From positions 416,001 to 480,000 of the forward strand of contig JBMNEZ010000001.1 of assembly GCA_050949045.1 (NCBI GenBank): a DNA stretch of 64,000 bases, written 5' to 3'. Source of the DNA: Candidatus Izemoplasmatales bacterium. Lineage in GTDB: Bacteria > Bacillota_I > Bacilli_A > Izemoplasmatales > Hujiaoplasmataceae. A model generated the notes under the pieces. It ran no database searches. It was not told the DNA's origin and saw only the letters and a program-made list of their open reading frames with translations. The translations under genes and the position numbers were made by a program. Shown piece by piece: positions 19,180-32,321 of the stretch; position 1 is the first letter of the stretch; every line of letters starts with the position of its first letter.

Positions 19180-20187
19180 GTGATCTCATTGACTGACTAT
19201 CAAGGCTTAAAATCTAAAATCATCAGACTGGGAGCGCTTCAAAGAGTCCCGGTTCTTGGCGAGTTTGAACTGACCTCGAAATGTAATTTCGCCTGTCCCA
19301 TGTGTTATGTCAAAGACAATAAGCCAAAAAGCGAGCTGGCCAAGGAAGAGTGGATCTCGATCTTTGAAGAAGCGGTTGTCGAAGGATTGGTCTACGCCCT
19401 TTTGACCGGAGGGGAGCCCCTCACAAGGAGCGACTTTGTGGAACTGTATGAGTTCCTCTATGACTATGGAGTCAAGATAACGGTTTATACAAACGGCTAT
19501 CATTTAACCAAAGAACAGCTTGAGGCCTTCACGAACAGGCCCCCGGAGATGGTTGCCATCACTCTTTACGGCGCAAGTGACGATACCTATAACATCGTGA
19601 CGGGCATCAAGGATGGCTATACAAAAGTAACAGAAAACATCCTCAAACTGAAAAAAAGCAAGATCAACATCGCCTGCCGGGTAATTCCGATTCCCGAGGT
19701 CTACGCCGATCTTGATGATATCTTGAAGTTTATCAAAGAAAATAACATTCCCCTAGGGTATTTCCTCTATCTAGCTCCGTCGAAGAAAAAGGATTACCAC
19801 GGAAGATTATCTCCCGAGCAATTAGTTGATTTCGAGCAGCGGCTTCTTACTTTCAAAGGAAAGCAAAAACCCTCCAAGGATTTTGATACTTTATCGAGTT
19901 GCGCCGCTCTTAAGAGCGGCTATGCGGTGAACCACCGAGGATATATGCAACCATGTACTTTGATGGCTCATCCAAGAAAGAAACTGGAACGCGGGACATT
20001 TCTCACAACCTTTCGGGAACTAAGTGATAAATGGCAGAATCTTGAGAAGTCCCATGACTGTGAGTCCTGTGATTTAAGCTCATCATGCATTCCCTGCCCC
20101 GCCAGAAGATATTATGAAGGCGATCCTCACAAGTGTGCTCCCTACCTCCTTGAAATCGCCAAGGAAAGGAAAAAACGAAATGACTGA
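19180..20187 (+). CDS. Radical SAM protein with SPASM domain (peptide maturase type)
   Basis: CNFACPMC (CxxxCxxC), LTGGEP, YTNG; SPASM Cys set C..GYMQPC..CESCDLSSSCIPC..C; true start may be TTG 19189 after AGGTGA. Confidence 0.92.
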   Translation: MISLTDYQGLKSKIIRLGALQRVPVLGEFELTSKCNFACPMCYVKDNKPKSELAKEEWISIFEEAVVEGLVYALLTGGEPLTRSDFVELYEFLYDYGVKITVYTNGYHLTKEQLEAFTNRPPEMVAITLYGASDDTYNIVTGIKDGYTKVTENILKLKKSKINIACRVIPIPEVYADLDDILKFIKENNIPLGYFLYLAPSKKKDYHGRLSPEQLVDFEQRLLTFKGKQKPSKDFDTLSSCAALKSGYAVNHRGYMQPCTLMAHPRKKLERGTFLTTFRELSDKWQNLEKSHDCESCDLSSSCIPCPARRYYEGDPHKCAPYLLEIAKERKKRND

Positions 20188-21031
20188 CACCTATAAGATC
20201 GGTAATGTTTGTCTTAGATTTAAGTATATCTACGACAAATATTTTGCATCGAGGATACGTTCATACAAAAGCGATGAATCACCTGAATATCAAATGCGGG
20301 TTGTTATTAAGAAAGATTTGATGTTTCCCGAAGGAAAACCGAAATATAGATTTCAAGACCGTCAGATTTATGAAGATGGACAAAAAGGAGTCATTGTCAA
20401 ACATGATGACAAAAACAATATTACCCACCTAATCACCTATTCGCTCGATTTCAAGGATATTCTAATCGAGCTGTCGGAGTCATTGGGATCAAGATTGGCC
20501 GAAGTGGAATACAAAATCAGCGGAATGATGTTTTTCGAGATTGCGATCAGGAATGGTTTGATCCCGATTCACGCCTCAGCTATCGGCTACCAAGACGAAG
20601 CTATCCTTTTCTGTGGTTCCTCCGGAACCGGCAAATCGACTCAGGCGGAGCTTTGGAAACAAAATCTTGACGAGGTGATCTTCATCAACGACGACAAGCC
20701 TTTGCTTTATGAGGCCGGCGACGGACTCTATGTCACTGGCTCGCCTTGGTCGGGAAAGACATCAAGGAATGAAAACGTCAAAATGAAGGTGAAAGCGATC
20801 GTCTTCATCAAGCAAGCCCCCCACAACAATCTCATTTCTCTCACTGTCTATGACAAGATAACCAACTTCTTAAGAAACATCTATCGACCGAGGGAAGAGG
20901 CCAAGATCGAGAATGTGCTGGAACTGATCGAAAAGATGATCTCTGATCTTCCGGTTTACAAATATTATTGCACAAAAGAGAATGATTCTTTCGAATACTT
21001 GTATCAGGCACTTTATAGAAGGGATTACTGA
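20180..21031 (+). CDS. HPr-kinase-like P-loop kinase (RiPP-associated type)
   Basis: 'IHASAI..EAILFCGSSGTGKST', 'INDD', 'GSPWSGK'; start re-called at ATG 20180. Confidence 0.8.
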   Translation: MTDTYKIGNVCLRFKYIYDKYFASRIRSYKSDESPEYQMRVVIKKDLMFPEGKPKYRFQDRQIYEDGQKGVIVKHDDKNNITHLITYSLDFKDILIELSESLGSRLAEVEYKISGMMFFEIAIRNGLIPIHASAIGYQDEAILFCGSSGTGKSTQAELWKQNLDEVIFINDDKPLLYEAGDGLYVTGSPWSGKTSRNENVKMKVKAIVFIKQAPHNNLISLTVYDKITNFLRNIYRPREEAKIENVLELIEKMISDLPVYKYYCTKENDSFEYLYQALYRRDY

Positions 21032-21033
21032 AG

Positions 21034-21306
21034 ATGAAACTGAAAGCAAACTATGTTTTAAGAGAAGTCGCGGGCGAGAATATCGTCATCCCTGTCGACA
21101 GCGAGGCCATCAACTTCAACGGCATCATGACGCTCAATGAAACCGGTAAGTTTTTGTGGAACCAGTTGAAACAAGAGGTGTCGGTCGAAAGCTTGATTGC
21201 GTCCATCGTCGATAACTACGAAGTCGACAGAAACACCGCCGCCCAAGACGTGACGGCATTTATTGAAAAGCTTAGAAAACACAATGTTCTTGAAGATGGC
21301 AAGTAA
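21034..21306 (+). CDS. PqqD-family stand-alone RiPP recognition element (RRE)
   Basis: 90 aa; 'LREVAGENIVIP', 'LNETGKFLW', 'YEVDRNTAAQDVTAFIEKL'. Confidence 0.92.
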   Translation: MKLKANYVLREVAGENIVIPVDSEAINFNGIMTLNETGKFLWNQLKQEVSVESLIASIVDNYEVDRNTAAQDVTAFIEKLRKHNVLEDGK

Positions 21307-21745
21307 GAAAGAGACAAAAAACGGCATCTTGCCGCTGATCGAGGAACAACTGCTTCTCGGCAAACAAGTGGCCTTTAAAGTCAAGGGAACAAGCATGTTC
21401 CCGTTTTTGCATTCGGGAAGAACCGAAGTCACGCTCCATAAGCCAACCGTCGAACCGAAAAAATACGACATCGTCCTTTTCAAAACAAAAGACCACTATG
21501 TTTTGCACCGGATCATCAAGCGTCGCCGCGATGTTTACATCGTCATGGGCGACGCTTTAAAGAAAAAAGATTATGTCAAGATCGACCAAATCATCGGTGT
21601 CGTCAAAGAGATCAAAGTCGATGGCAAACCGGTCGACATCCATGAGAAGAAATACAAGCGTAAAGTCAGATGCTGGGTCGCTTTCCGGGCCGCCAGGAGA
21701 TTCCTCCTCTACTACTTGAGGCGTTCACAGAAGGATATAAAATGA
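21296..21745 (+). CDS. S24/S26-family peptidase (candidate leader peptidase)
   Basis: 'VKGTSMFPFL' catalytic Ser box, 'DIVLF', 'VLHRII', 'MGDA'; no N-terminal TM anchor. Confidence 0.8.
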   Translation: MASKKETKNGILPLIEEQLLLGKQVAFKVKGTSMFPFLHSGRTEVTLHKPTVEPKKYDIVLFKTKDHYVLHRIIKRRRDVYIVMGDALKKKDYVKIDQIIGVVKEIKVDGKPVDIHEKKYKRKVRCWVAFRAARRFLLYYLRRSQKDIK

Positions 21746-22935
21746 GCATCCTCTACGATCAATTGATCTTTATCAGCAAATGCGCCCTGAACAACCTTGA
21801 ATACGAAGAGGCCATCGACAACATCAAAGAACTGTTTCGTCTTGCCCGGGAAAACGGCCTGTCGGGGCTCTTTTACGCCGTTTTGAAAAACAACCAGTCA
21901 GTCATTGATGAACAGCGATTGCTTCTCAAAGAGTACTATCTCTACCAAGCAAAAGACATAATTCAAAAGCAGGCGATTGCGGAGATCACCTCTTTTTTCA
22001 ACCATGCCCGGATCGATCATATCTATCTCAAGGGCTCGGCCATCAAGAAACACTATCTTGAGAGCTATATGCGCTCGATGGGCGATATCGATCTTATCAT
22101 TAAGCCGGAAGATTTAGAGCGTTCACGAATGATTTTAAAATCAGCCAACTATAAACTCGACATTGAAGGCTCGACTCATGACGTCTATTTCAAAGGCAGG
22201 GACATCATAGTTGAGGTCCATCCCGGAGTCGACCATCACCTTGATTCGGATCATTTAACCGCTTTGGGCGACGTCTTCGCCGACGGTCTTCCCATCAGCG
22301 GATGTTTATTCGAGTTATCTCCCGAAAAAGAACTTGTCTATCTTTTATCCCATCTCAAGAAGCACTTTCTTTCATCGGGTGTCGGCTTGCGTCAAGTCCT
22401 TGATATCGGCGTCTTTTTAGACAAGATGGAAGCCAAAATCGATAACGAAAAGTTATTTGACCTTCTCAAAACTGCTAATCTTACAAACTTTGCAAAGAAC
22501 ATGATCTCCTTCAATAAGCAAGCCTTCGGCTTCCGGATTGGAGAATTTATCCTGTCCGGATACCGGATGGCGGATGCTCTCTTTGAAGAAACCAAAGCAT
22601 ATGTCATCGGTTCTGGAGTCCATGGGACCGCTAGGGATTTCAATCGCAGTGTTCCGGTGCTTACGAAACATTCACTCAAGACCGGTAAGACTAGAGGCAG
22701 CAAGATTCGTTATTTGATCCGTATTCTTTTCCCCAAGCGGATCGATCTGATGTCAACTGAGAAGTATCTGAAAAAACATGGTTGGCTGTTGCCGTACGCC
22801 TGGATCAAAAGGTGGATCAGGCTTGTTTTCAAGAAAACAAGAAGAAGCATCGCCAAACTGAAAGCTTTGGATGCGGTTGACAAAGAAATGCTTCAGAGTA
22901 ATCTTGATCTATATCGTAAACTAGGTATTAACTAA
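21742..22935 (+). CDS. Nucleotidyltransferase family protein (NTP_transf_5-like)
   Basis: 'IYLKG', 'RSMGDIDLII', 'VEVH', 'H..KH....GVGLRQVLD'; start re-called at ATG 21742 (ATGA-like junction). Confidence 0.85.
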   Translation: MSILYDQLIFISKCALNNLEYEEAIDNIKELFRLARENGLSGLFYAVLKNNQSVIDEQRLLLKEYYLYQAKDIIQKQAIAEITSFFNHARIDHIYLKGSAIKKHYLESYMRSMGDIDLIIKPEDLERSRMILKSANYKLDIEGSTHDVYFKGRDIIVEVHPGVDHHLDSDHLTALGDVFADGLPISGCLFELSPEKELVYLLSHLKKHFLSSGVGLRQVLDIGVFLDKMEAKIDNEKLFDLLKTANLTNFAKNMISFNKQAFGFRIGEFILSGYRMADALFEETKAYVIGSGVHGTARDFNRSVPVLTKHSLKTGKTRGSKIRYLIRILFPKRIDLMSTEKYLKKHGWLLPYAWIKRWIRLVFKKTRRSIAKLKALDAVDKEMLQSNLDLYRKLGIN

Positions 22936-23100
22936 AGAATGCGCACGCATCGTATATAGTAAACAATAGGTGGTATTCCGAATATTATACATACAGATTT
23001 ATCATTAATTGTTTTATCAATATGGGCAATATGATAAAATATCTGTGGTATGCGCTTGATCGATACATAATATTTTTCTTGAAGGAGATGACGTTTAAAA

Positions 23101-23235
23101 ATGAAACAAGTCAATGACAAGAAATCGCAATATGTGAAGCCCGACATCGAAGTGATTGAATTCTCGCTTGAAGACAGCATCGCCACCAGCATGGATTTTG
23201 GCCCGTCGACAATCTGCGGCGAGCAAACGTTTTAG
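23101..23235 (+). CDS. Putative RiPP precursor peptide A2 (44 aa: MKQVNDKKSQYVKPDIEVIEFSLEDSIATSMDFGPSTICGEQTF)
   Basis: Translated by hand; AAGGAG upstream; YxxP leader; paralog of 16452 peptide; stop codon TAG is embedded in the RBS (TAGGAGGT) of the next gene. Confidence 0.88.
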   Translation: MKQVNDKKSQYVKPDIEVIEFSLEDSIATSMDFGPSTICGEQTF

Positions 23236-23241
23236 GAGGTA

Positions 23242-25683
23242 ATGATGATGAAAAAGGGATTTATTTTTTGCTTGTTGTCGCTTTTCCTGTTCGCTTTGCC
23301 GGTAAGGTATGTTAAAGCTGAATCAATGGCAAATGTCGATGTTCAAGTAAAAGCCTATTTTGATGAATATAACATTCTAACAACAAACGTAAATGACCAG
23401 CCATACGCCAGCAAAATATCTGCCTCTCTTCATATCCCTGAAGCCCCAGAAGGATATTCTTCATATCAGTTCTTCTGTTGGGTTGTCAATGGGGTTGTCA
23501 GGCAAGACCTTCCAGCTGATTATGAGTTTTTTGTTAGAAACACGACCGTTCTTACAGCCATCTACAGGCCGTCTGACAGACATGCGGTTCTTTTCATGGA
23601 CTCCAACGGAACTGCAATAAAAGTTGATTATGTCAGTAATGGTGAAGATGCAACACCGCCGGATGTATCAAGTTATTCCAAACCGGGGATGGTCGTCTCA
23701 TCAACCAGTCCTTGGGGCGAAGTAAGTCTAACCAACATCACAGAAAACAAAATCGCGTATCTCGAGTATGATTTTGATACTTCGGAAACCTTTAATGTCA
23801 CAGTTGTGAACGGTAGCGGCAGCAATGAAGCGGCGTCATACGGATCAGTATTGACTGCTGTCGCCAATGCTCCCGAAGGAGATTTGGAATTCTTTCATTG
23901 GACCGATGAAAACGGCAAAATTGTAAGTCATAAACCATCATACTCATTCACGGCCTACAAAGACACAACGATTACCGCGGTTTATGAAAACATGCCGTCG
24001 GTTGATATTCCGTATGTTGTGATAAGTGATCTGTTGTTGCTGAGAGATGGCAAAAGCACATTCATTGGTCAGTTCAACATTCCCGATGGATATACTATGG
24101 TTGAATATGGATTTCTTGCAGCTAATACTCAATTTGATTTTAAACTCGATACCGAAGGTGTCATTAAATACCAATCGGAAAAATCAAATGCGCAAACTAA
24201 CGAGTATATGATTAGTTTTCCATTTGTAAATGGGCAATCCGTCAAAGGTTACATTGTTGTTAAAAACGCCTTAACCGGTTTATTAGAATACCATTATAGC
24301 AGTACTGAGAAAATTTCTTTCTTGATGATCAGCGAATATGGAGAAGGTTCGAGCTACAACAAATGGATTGAAATTTATAATCCAACCGATGAAATCGTCG
24401 CGCTTTCTGATTATAGGGTTGAACTTTATGTCAATGGCGCTACCACAGCAAGTAATCCGCTATCATTTACTACTGAATCGATTTTTCCTGGAGATGTCTA
24501 TGTTATTGCTCACCCTGATTCAAACGCAGATATTCTAAGTCAATCGGATGTTACCAGCGAAGTAACTAATTTCAATGGAGACGATGCGGTTGCATTGCTG
24601 AAAAATTATGTTGTGATCGATGTCATTGGTGTTATTGGAACTGATCCAGGAACAAAATGGGATGTAGGAGAAGGATCCACTCTTGATCATACACTGGTAA
24701 GGAAACCAAGTACGGATTATTATCCGAATGGTGCTTGGAAACCTTCGGATTGGGATGTCTATGATTGTGATTACATAGGCAATCTTGGATATCACGAAGA
24801 TGTAGAACCCTTGTCAATTTCGATTATCGGTGCTACTGAAGTGATGAAAGATGCATCTCTACCACTAGCAGTAATGTATAACCCGATCAATTCGATAAGG
24901 GGAGTCGAATGGGAAAGCAGCAACACTTCGATTGCCACGGTTAATAGTAATGGACTTGTGACTGGGGTTGACGTGGGAGAGGTTACTATTACTGCCAGGT
25001 CCGCACTCAATGGAACTATTTTAGATACACATCCAGTTACGGTTACTTCACCTGTCTATTATTCTGTCAGTGCATCATCTTCTGACGAATTAAAAGGTTC
25101 AGTCAGCGCGAGCCCAACTTCGGTTTTATCTGGCGGCTCTTCGACAATCACAATTTCGCCAGCAACAGGATATCAAGCCTCAACAATCACAATTAATAGC
25201 GAAGAACCTATTGATATTACTGGACAGACATCATATTTGATTGAAAACATCTTTGAAAATAAGACGGTTGTAGTAAATTTTGTTGAAGGTATTACGGAAT
25301 TAGTGTTCTCAAAGACTCTTACTGGTACAACAGGTAATCCCCCTTCAGGGTGGACCTATAGTGGCTTAGGTAGTGCATATAAAGACGGCTCACTAAAAAT
25401 GGATACCACTGGCGACTATATTATTTCTGAATCGTTTGCTCTTCAAACATCGGCAATTTTGTATATTGAATTGAAAGGCAACGGTTTTTCTGGAGGTAGT
25501 ATTAGTTTCTACGATCAAGAAAATAACCTTCTCAAGACTTTTTCAACTGAAATCGAAAATTTGCAAAAAACACTATCATTTACCATTTCAGATACTTCGG
25601 TTACTTCTGTAAAATTTGTATATAATAAATCAAGCGGAAATGTTGGAATATACTCAGTTGAGTTAAAACACATAGTTGACTAA
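23242..25683 (+). CDS. Secreted protein: shared N-terminal 'YFD' region, lamin-tail domain (LTD), Ig-like group 2 domain
   Basis: Signal peptide VKA-E; LTD 'ISEYGEGSSYNKWIEIYN..FNGDDAVAL..IDVIG'; Big_2 'WESSNTSIATVNSNGLVTGV..GEVTITA'. Confidence 0.8.
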   Translation: MMMKKGFIFCLLSLFLFALPVRYVKAESMANVDVQVKAYFDEYNILTTNVNDQPYASKISASLHIPEAPEGYSSYQFFCWVVNGVVRQDLPADYEFFVRNTTVLTAIYRPSDRHAVLFMDSNGTAIKVDYVSNGEDATPPDVSSYSKPGMVVSSTSPWGEVSLTNITENKIAYLEYDFDTSETFNVTVVNGSGSNEAASYGSVLTAVANAPEGDLEFFHWTDENGKIVSHKPSYSFTAYKDTTITAVYENMPSVDIPYVVISDLLLLRDGKSTFIGQFNIPDGYTMVEYGFLAANTQFDFKLDTEGVIKYQSEKSNAQTNEYMISFPFVNGQSVKGYIVVKNALTGLLEYHYSSTEKISFLMISEYGEGSSYNKWIEIYNPTDEIVALSDYRVELYVNGATTASNPLSFTTESIFPGDVYVIAHPDSNADILSQSDVTSEVTNFNGDDAVALLKNYVVIDVIGVIGTDPGTKWDVGEGSTLDHTLVRKPSTDYYPNGAWKPSDWDVYDCDYIGNLGYHEDVEPLSISIIGATEVMKDASLPLAVMYNPINSIRGVEWESSNTSIATVNSNGLVTGVDVGEVTITARSALNGTILDTHPVTVTSPVYYSVSASSSDELKGSVSASPTSVLSGGSSTITISPATGYQASTITINSEEPIDITGQTSYLIENIFENKTVVVNFVEGITELVFSKTLTGTTGNPPSGWTYSGLGSAYKDGSLKMDTTGDYIISESFALQTSAILYIELKGNGFSGGSISFYDQENNLLKTFSTEIENLQKTLSFTISDTSVTSVKFVYNKSSGNVGIYSVELKHIVD

Positions 25684-25703
25684 ATAAAAATACCATTTAC
25701 ATT

Positions 25704-25726
25704 AGGGCGCCAATCATCGGCGCTCT
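25704..25726 (+). terminator. Hairpin, possible terminator
   Basis: AGGGCGCC-loop-GGCGCTCT after the 23242 gene; weak U-tract. Confidence 0.45.
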
Positions 25727-25824
25727 GTTATTCACTAGGTGTAATGTCATAGTATGTACATAATACAATTATTATATTCACATCGTGATGAGCTATACTA
25801 TATAATTTTTTATTAGGAGATTAC

Positions 25825-30038
<4,214 letters not shown>

Positions 30039-30039
<1 letters not shown>

Positions 30040-30701
30040 TGAAGAAGAAAATACTGATCATTTTGTTTCTGGTTCTCGGTGTCACGCTGTTTGGATGCAA
30101 GGGTGAAACGACTGTCACGACCACAAAAGCCCCGCAGATAAGGACAACCACCGCCTTTTTGATCGTGAACACCCTCGAATATTCCTATGACAAGGTCTCG
30201 GACAGCGATCTCGAGATCAACCTTTCTTCGCAGTCGGCTACGATTACCGAACTCCAAACCGAATCGGGAACATCCTTTTCGAGTGAATGGGTCACCTACA
30301 CGGAAGGCAAGGCTCTGATCAATTCACGTTATCTTGAAGGCTTGCCGCTCGAGACAAATCGCTTCCTGATAGAGACTTCGGCCGGCCTCTTCGAACTGAG
30401 GATCACGATCAGCGATACCCGCAAACCCGAGATCATCGGCTCCCTATCCGTCAATTACCAGATGGATGTCGATCTAGTCTTCGAGTATGAAGCTTATGCG
30501 GGATCGTTCCAGATGATCTCGGGAAATGACATCACCAGCGATGATTACACATTTGATGGGTATACCTTCACGATCGATTTCGACTACATCCATGGCAAAT
30601 TCACAGAAAACCCCGAACGGAACGCTTTAATTCTCCAGGTGTTTTTCAATTATCCCGAAGGCGTCGTCTTTAGTTATATCTTCATCTACAAACCCGAATA
30701 A
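30039..30701 (+). CDS. Small lipoprotein with X2/Ig-like domains
   Basis: Lipobox LFGC, Thr linker, 'INSRYLEGL','DDYTFDGYTFTI' resembling repeats of the 3652 protein. Confidence 0.7.
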
Positions 30702-30715
30702 TTAATTCTCATAAC

Positions 30716-30747
30716 GGGGCCGTCAATGATTGACGGCCCCTTTTTTT
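30716..30747 (+). terminator. Rho-independent terminator
   Basis: GGGGCCGTCAA-tga-TTGACGGCCCC followed by T7. Confidence 0.9.
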
Positions 30748-30973
30748 ATCATTACTTTAAAAAAGCGGCGTAACCTTTTTTTATGTAAAATTTTCATTGA
30801 GAAAATGGCACTTTCACTATATAATGTTAGGTATATATGAAAATCGTCTGGCCAATAGCAGTCGCAAATTGATCAACCGTTCCACAAATCATGCTAATCA
30901 TTTTCGTTCGTTTCGAATCCTGATCAAGTGAAGAACAGATAAAAAAACAATCGATTGAAGCGAGGGTAAGTAA

Positions 30974-32320
30974 ATGTTTGAAAGCGAGTATTTGAATGAT
31001 TTATTCAAAAAGGTTTGCGCCCGTAACGAAAATCAAAAAGAGTATCTCCAAGCAGTCGAAGAATTCTTTGAGTCGATGGATTTAGTCGTGCCTTCCGACT
31101 CAAAGATCCAGAAATACGCGATTATGGAACGAATTATCGAACCGGAACGGCTCATCAAGTTTCGCGTCACTTGGATCGATGACCAGGGAAAAATCAACGT
31201 CAATCGCGGTTACCGCATTCAATTCAATTCGGCGATCGGACCGTATAAGGGCGGAATCAGATTCCATCCGTCCGTGAACGAGTCGATCCTCAAGTTCCTG
31301 GCCTTTGAACAGACATTCAAGAATTCTCTGACCGGTCTCCCGATGGGTGGGGGGAAAGGGGGAGCGGATTTCGATCCGCGCGGCCATTCAGAAGGCGAAA
31401 TCATGCGTTTTTGCCAGAATTATATGCTCGAACTCTTCCGGCATGTCGGTCCCAACACGGACGTTCCCGCCGGCGACATCGGTGTCGGTCCCCGAGAAAT
31501 CGGCTATATGTTTGGTATGTATAAGAAAATCACCAATGAATTCACCGGCGTCCTAACCGGCAAGGGACTTACCTACGGCGGCTCGCTCGGGCGAAAAGAG
31601 GCGACCGGCAACGGTTTGCTTTATTTCGCTCAGGAAATGCTCAAAGCCTATCGCAACGACACAATAAAAGGTAAAAAAGTCATCGTTTCCGGAGCCGGCA
31701 AGGTCGGTTTTTATGCCGCTCTCAAGGCCAATGAACTCGGAGGCAAGGTCGTCGCCTTGTCCGATGTCAACGGCTTTGTCCATGATCCGGACGGCGTCGA
31801 TCTCGACATCGTCAGGAAACTCACTGAGAACGTTCCCGAATTCTCGACCAAGTACTCTGAATACCGTCCAAAAGCCACCTACAATGCCAACCCGATGGAG
31901 ATTTGGAAGGTTCCTTGCGACATCGCCTTTCCTTGCGCCACCCAAAACGAACTTCCGCTTGAAGGTGCCAAAGCCCTCGTCAAGAACGGCTGCTTCCTCG
32001 TCGCCGAAGGCGCAAACAAGCCGACGACGCTCGAAGCGACCAAGCATCTCCAAAACGCCGGTGTCCTGTTCGCTCCCGGAAAGGCCGCCAATGCCGGCGG
32101 CGTCGCCGTCAGCGGGCTCGAGATGAGCCAAAACGCGATGCATTATTCCTGGACCTACCGGGAAGTCGATGAGAAACTCCAGCGCATCATGAAGTCCATT
32201 TTCCAACTCGCTGATTTAGAAGCCCAAAAGTATACCAAAAGCCGTAATCTCGTGATCGGCGCCAATATCGCCGGATTCATGAAGGTTTATCAAGCGATGC
32301 TCGATCAGGGTGTGTATTGA
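30974..32320 (+). CDS. gdhA: NADP-specific glutamate dehydrogenase
   Basis: 'GPYKGGIRFHPSV','FEQTFKNSLTGLPMGGGKGG','DVPAGDIGVG','PGKAANAGGV'. Confidence 0.96.
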   Translation: MFESEYLNDLFKKVCARNENQKEYLQAVEEFFESMDLVVPSDSKIQKYAIMERIIEPERLIKFRVTWIDDQGKINVNRGYRIQFNSAIGPYKGGIRFHPSVNESILKFLAFEQTFKNSLTGLPMGGGKGGADFDPRGHSEGEIMRFCQNYMLELFRHVGPNTDVPAGDIGVGPREIGYMFGMYKKITNEFTGVLTGKGLTYGGSLGRKEATGNGLLYFAQEMLKAYRNDTIKGKKVIVSGAGKVGFYAALKANELGGKVVALSDVNGFVHDPDGVDLDIVRKLTENVPEFSTKYSEYRPKATYNANPMEIWKVPCDIAFPCATQNELPLEGAKALVKNGCFLVAEGANKPTTLEATKHLQNAGVLFAPGKAANAGGVAVSGLEMSQNAMHYSWTYREVDEKLQRIMKSIFQLADLEAQKYTKSRNLVIGANIAGFMKVYQAMLDQGVY

Positions 32321-32321
32321 T

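Noticed and set aside
19180..21306. PQQ biosynthesis (pqqD/pqqE)
   Set aside because: No pqqB/pqqC, and the peptides lack the ExxxY core
19180..22935. Lasso peptide cluster (YxxP leader, RRE, kinase, nucleotidyltransferase)
   Set aside because: No asparagine-synthetase-like cyclase or transglutaminase-like B2 protease in the window; the maturase is a radical SAM enzyme
22932..23192. 86-aa minus-strand ORF, and ORFs 16411-16668(-) and 16510-16695(+)
   Set aside because: Shadows of the precursor genes; the synonymous substitution pattern supports the + strand peptide frame
25684..25824. Third precursor peptide upstream of the 1404-aa gene
   Set aside because: No ORF with a YxxP/EDSIATS motif in this AT-rich spacer
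30837..30872. 11-aa uORF (MKIVWPIAVAN) or riboswitch in the gdhA leader
   Set aside because: Weak RBS, no recognisable attenuator or aptamer
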